Assembly: GCA_973895155.1 (NCBI GenBank)
Contig: OZ316891.1
Span: 29,375,611 to 29,439,610 of the forward strand
Reading direction: 5' to 3'
From: Marsupella aquatica
Taxonomy: Eukaryota > Plantae > Marchantiophyta
Length of the DNA: 64,000 nucleotides
The notes beneath the pieces were generated by a model, which saw only the letters and a program-made list of their open reading frames with translations, ran no database searches and was not told the DNA's origin. Below are positions 61,201-64,000 of this stretch, in pieces; the first letter of the stretch is position 1; each line of letters opens with the position of its first letter. Position numbers and translations under genes: made by a program.

Positions 61201-61832
61201 TCCTTATTGGGATTGGCAGTTAGTACGGTTGCAAGCTTGAGCGGACTCTCCAATGATAGTAAAATCAAAGTCTCTATCGAGACACCATATTGCCAGTTCA
61301 ATCAGTTTTAAGATATTTTTGAGCTCCAGATTTTTTCAGAAGATATTGTGTTCCAGTTTTTTAAATGAAGATAAAAAGGTCCCACATGGAATGGACGAAT
61401 AGGTCGAATGAAATAGGTGGAGTACAATAATTAATGGTCTGAGGACCTTATGAAGATATGATGTGATTATGATTATGATTATGCTGTACAATCATCATTG
61501 TCCTTGCATATACACATGTGGCCAGTCCATGTGCATATTTATAAAGGCCAGCCCCACACCTTAATTAAACCTACTGATAGCCTGAATGGGGACTTGGAGA
61601 GGATACTAGGGAGTAGGGACGAATACACCTAGAATTAGCCTCACTTGAGAAAAAAATACAACAGAAAAATATATATTGAAAGCTATCGTGAGATGGGGTA
61701 TCATGCTAGCAAACGGAAAAGCAGTACCATAGTTCTTTCTCATACAAGGGAAAAACCATGAAAATACACTTTGCAAGCAAACTTAGTCACTTGCTAGCCA
61801 AATTTTGGTTTCAAATATATTAAAAGTTGTGT

Positions 61833-63120
61833 CAGTTCTTATTGAGGATCGCCCTTTTTTACTTTCATCTCTCATGGAGGTAGAGGAGGGTTCCCTCCCA
61901 TTTCAGGTTCATTTGCGCGCAGCGCGGTCCTCATTACCAGATCCCGTTCGCGCCGCGTTACCTTCTTTCCAGGAGTTTTTATCCTTGGATCCCGTTCGTC
62001 TTCAGGCAGACCTCGCTGGGCGTATGCACACTTTCACCCTTTCCAGCATCCTCTCCGAGGCACCTGACACGGACCGAGCTCGGATTCTTTCTTCTGGAGG
62101 GAAGGGCGCAGGTGGATGGCTTCAGGCCAATCCAGTCATTCCTCATTTGCGGATGTCTTCAACGGAGTTCTCCACAGCCATGCGTCTTCGTCTGGGGCTG
62201 TCCCACCCACTTCTTGCAGGTTTACCTCCTTCTTGCACTTGTGGGAAGCCTTGTGATGCCACAGGTGTCCATCTTCTTCGGTGCAGTTTGGGAGGTGAAA
62301 CCATTATTGTTCACGACGCTGTGCGAGATGCGACTGCTCAGGTTCTCTCTGGCTCTTTGGTATGCGTGCGGCGGGAGGTGGTACTCGAGTTACCTGGTCC
62401 TCCATCACAGCGGTTACGGGTGGATCTTACCATGGTCCGTGAGGGTCAACGTACTTTGGCAGATGTTGTGGTGGCAAACCCATTGCGCCAAGACATCATT
62501 GGGACAGCGGCAACTACGGCAGGGGCAGCAGCGTCACGTGCGGCAACAACGAAGGAGGCCAAATATGCTGCACGAGCTTCATCCGACAGCTTCCTCCCCC
62601 TTGCTGTGGAGCTATTTGGGCGTCTTCATCCTCAGTTTGATGGGCTTCTTCGGCAAGCTGCCCGGGATGTTCATGGCCGAATGGGTCCCACCGGACCCCC
62701 GCTTTCTATTTTGACCACGCACTTTCGCCAACGCATTTCAGTCACCTTACAGCGTGCTCAAGCTCGGGCCATCTATCGTCGATCTCTTACAGTGGGTGCT
62801 AGTGTGCCTCCGCAGCGGCTAGCTCCCCTTGAGGATGTTCCAATCCCACTTGCCGATCTAGTTTTGACTCTTGATGTGGACCATTAGCTTTTTGCCACAA
62901 TCGGTAGGAATGATGAGGACCTCGGTCCGCTTGGGTTAGTTTTAGTCTCTCTCTCTTTCTTGGTTTTTAGGGGTTCCCTATTGTTCATTTCTTACTTTTA
63001 GTTCCTCTTTCTTGGTGTTTAGTGGTTCCCTTTTGCTCACTTCTTTTTCGATTGGTTTTGTCCACTTGGGCCCTCTTTTGTTTGTTCATTTGTACTCTGT
63101 TTGGTCCCTTTGTATATAAA
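61833..63120 (+). mobile_element. 5'-truncated CRE-clade non-LTR retrotransposon (zinc finger + restriction-like endonuclease); ORF end at 62887
   Basis: ARILSSGGKGAGGWL, FSTAMRLRLG, CTCGKPCDATGVHLLRC, HDAVRD, RVDL..ADVVVANP, KEAKY, FLPLAVELFGRL and RISVTLQRAQA. T-rich 3' UTR with a short A tail. Possible degenerate TSD aaaagttgtgt / aaaagtgtgt. Confidence 0.85.
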
Positions 63121-63135
63121 AAGTGTGTATATTTC

Positions 63136-63678
63136 TTTTTGCTAACGTATCTCCCAAAGTGACCATAATTAACAACCTGTCCCCCAAACTATTTTAATTC
63201 CTAAGTGGACCCCCCTTCCATATATGGGTTAACTTTAACTCATGTACTTAACCTGAGGTTATTCCCTATTGGTTGGACAACACATGGCCAGGTGCTATTG
63301 GCCATGCCAAACCCCATCTTGTTCTACCACAGTTTCTACCCTAAATCAGGCCGACTCCTCATCATGACGATTACGGGAGTACCAGGCCAGCTCCCTCGCG
63401 TTGCAATAGGGCAGCCACAACCCCGGCTTCCTCCTGGCCCCGACTAACCCGCAAAGGCAGGCCCAACGACATGACCATCCCTTCCTTCCCATTGCACCCC
63501 TGTTTCCTTCCCAACGTACTCCGGTTGTAAATAATGCTCCCGGGCCAATGGGAAATGACCTCGGGTTAAGTACATGAGTTAAAGTTAGACCATGAAAAAG
63601 AGGATCAACATAGAAATTAAAATAGTGTGGGGGATAGGTTGATAATTATGGTCAGTTTGGGGGATATTTTAGTAAAAA
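63136..63678. mobile_element. Long-TIR (~140 bp) foldback/Mutator-like element
   Basis: tctcccaaagtgaccataattaacaacctgtccccca...aactttaactcatgtacttaacc is the reverse complement of ggttaagtacatgagttaaagtt...tgggggataggttgataattatggtcagtttggggga. Confidence 0.85.
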
Positions 63679-64000
63679 ACTGTTTCATAAAATCCAGTTT
63701 TGGGACTCCTTGTTTGGCCAACAAACTTGCTAGCCGTATGAGGTCGTAGAAATGCACTAGGAATACCTGGAGTGAGTAGGGCAGCCTAGTAATCAGAAAT
63801 GCAGTAGGAATTCAAAATCAAAAGGCATAAAGAACCACGGCAGTGACTTGCTAAGCAATACTCTTCCTCACTTGCAAAAATTCTTCTTTGCTCATGTCTT
63901 AAAAACTCTAGAGATGCAAGTTAATCCTATGGATAATAAACGATGGTTCACAGGAATAGTGTCTTTCTGCGAGAGATGACATTTGGCTGCTTGGATATGC

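Overview
Eukaryotic nuclear DNA from a non-seed land plant, most likely a bryophyte or liverwort (inferred from GT-AG introns, plant gene families and bryophyte-type transposon proteins). It has five intact host genes, all on the minus strand: a TPR+SET methyltransferase (ATXR1-like), a group-3 LEA protein, mitochondrial CcmH, an intronless ROCK1-like nucleotide-sugar transporter and a VFB/SKIP2-like F-box/LRR protein. There is also a partial hydrophilic repeat gene at the left edge and a probable multi-exon pseudogene of unrecognised family (2.0-4.35 kb). The rest is a mosaic of mobile DNA. The most notable element is a decayed Crypton-type (DUF3504-like) tyrosine recombinase at about 47.3-48.4 kb. 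Next to it is a 3.6-kb TG...CA solo-LTR-like unit with a perfect GGGTC target duplication that carries a 575-codon ORF inside it. Other elements are a 5'-truncated CRE-clade (RLE) non-LTR retrotransposon, a putative non-autonomous Helitron with nested elements, tRNA-derived SINEs, copia-type solo LTRs, several MITEs and many tandem repeats. All family assignments come from motif recognition by eye; no database search was run.
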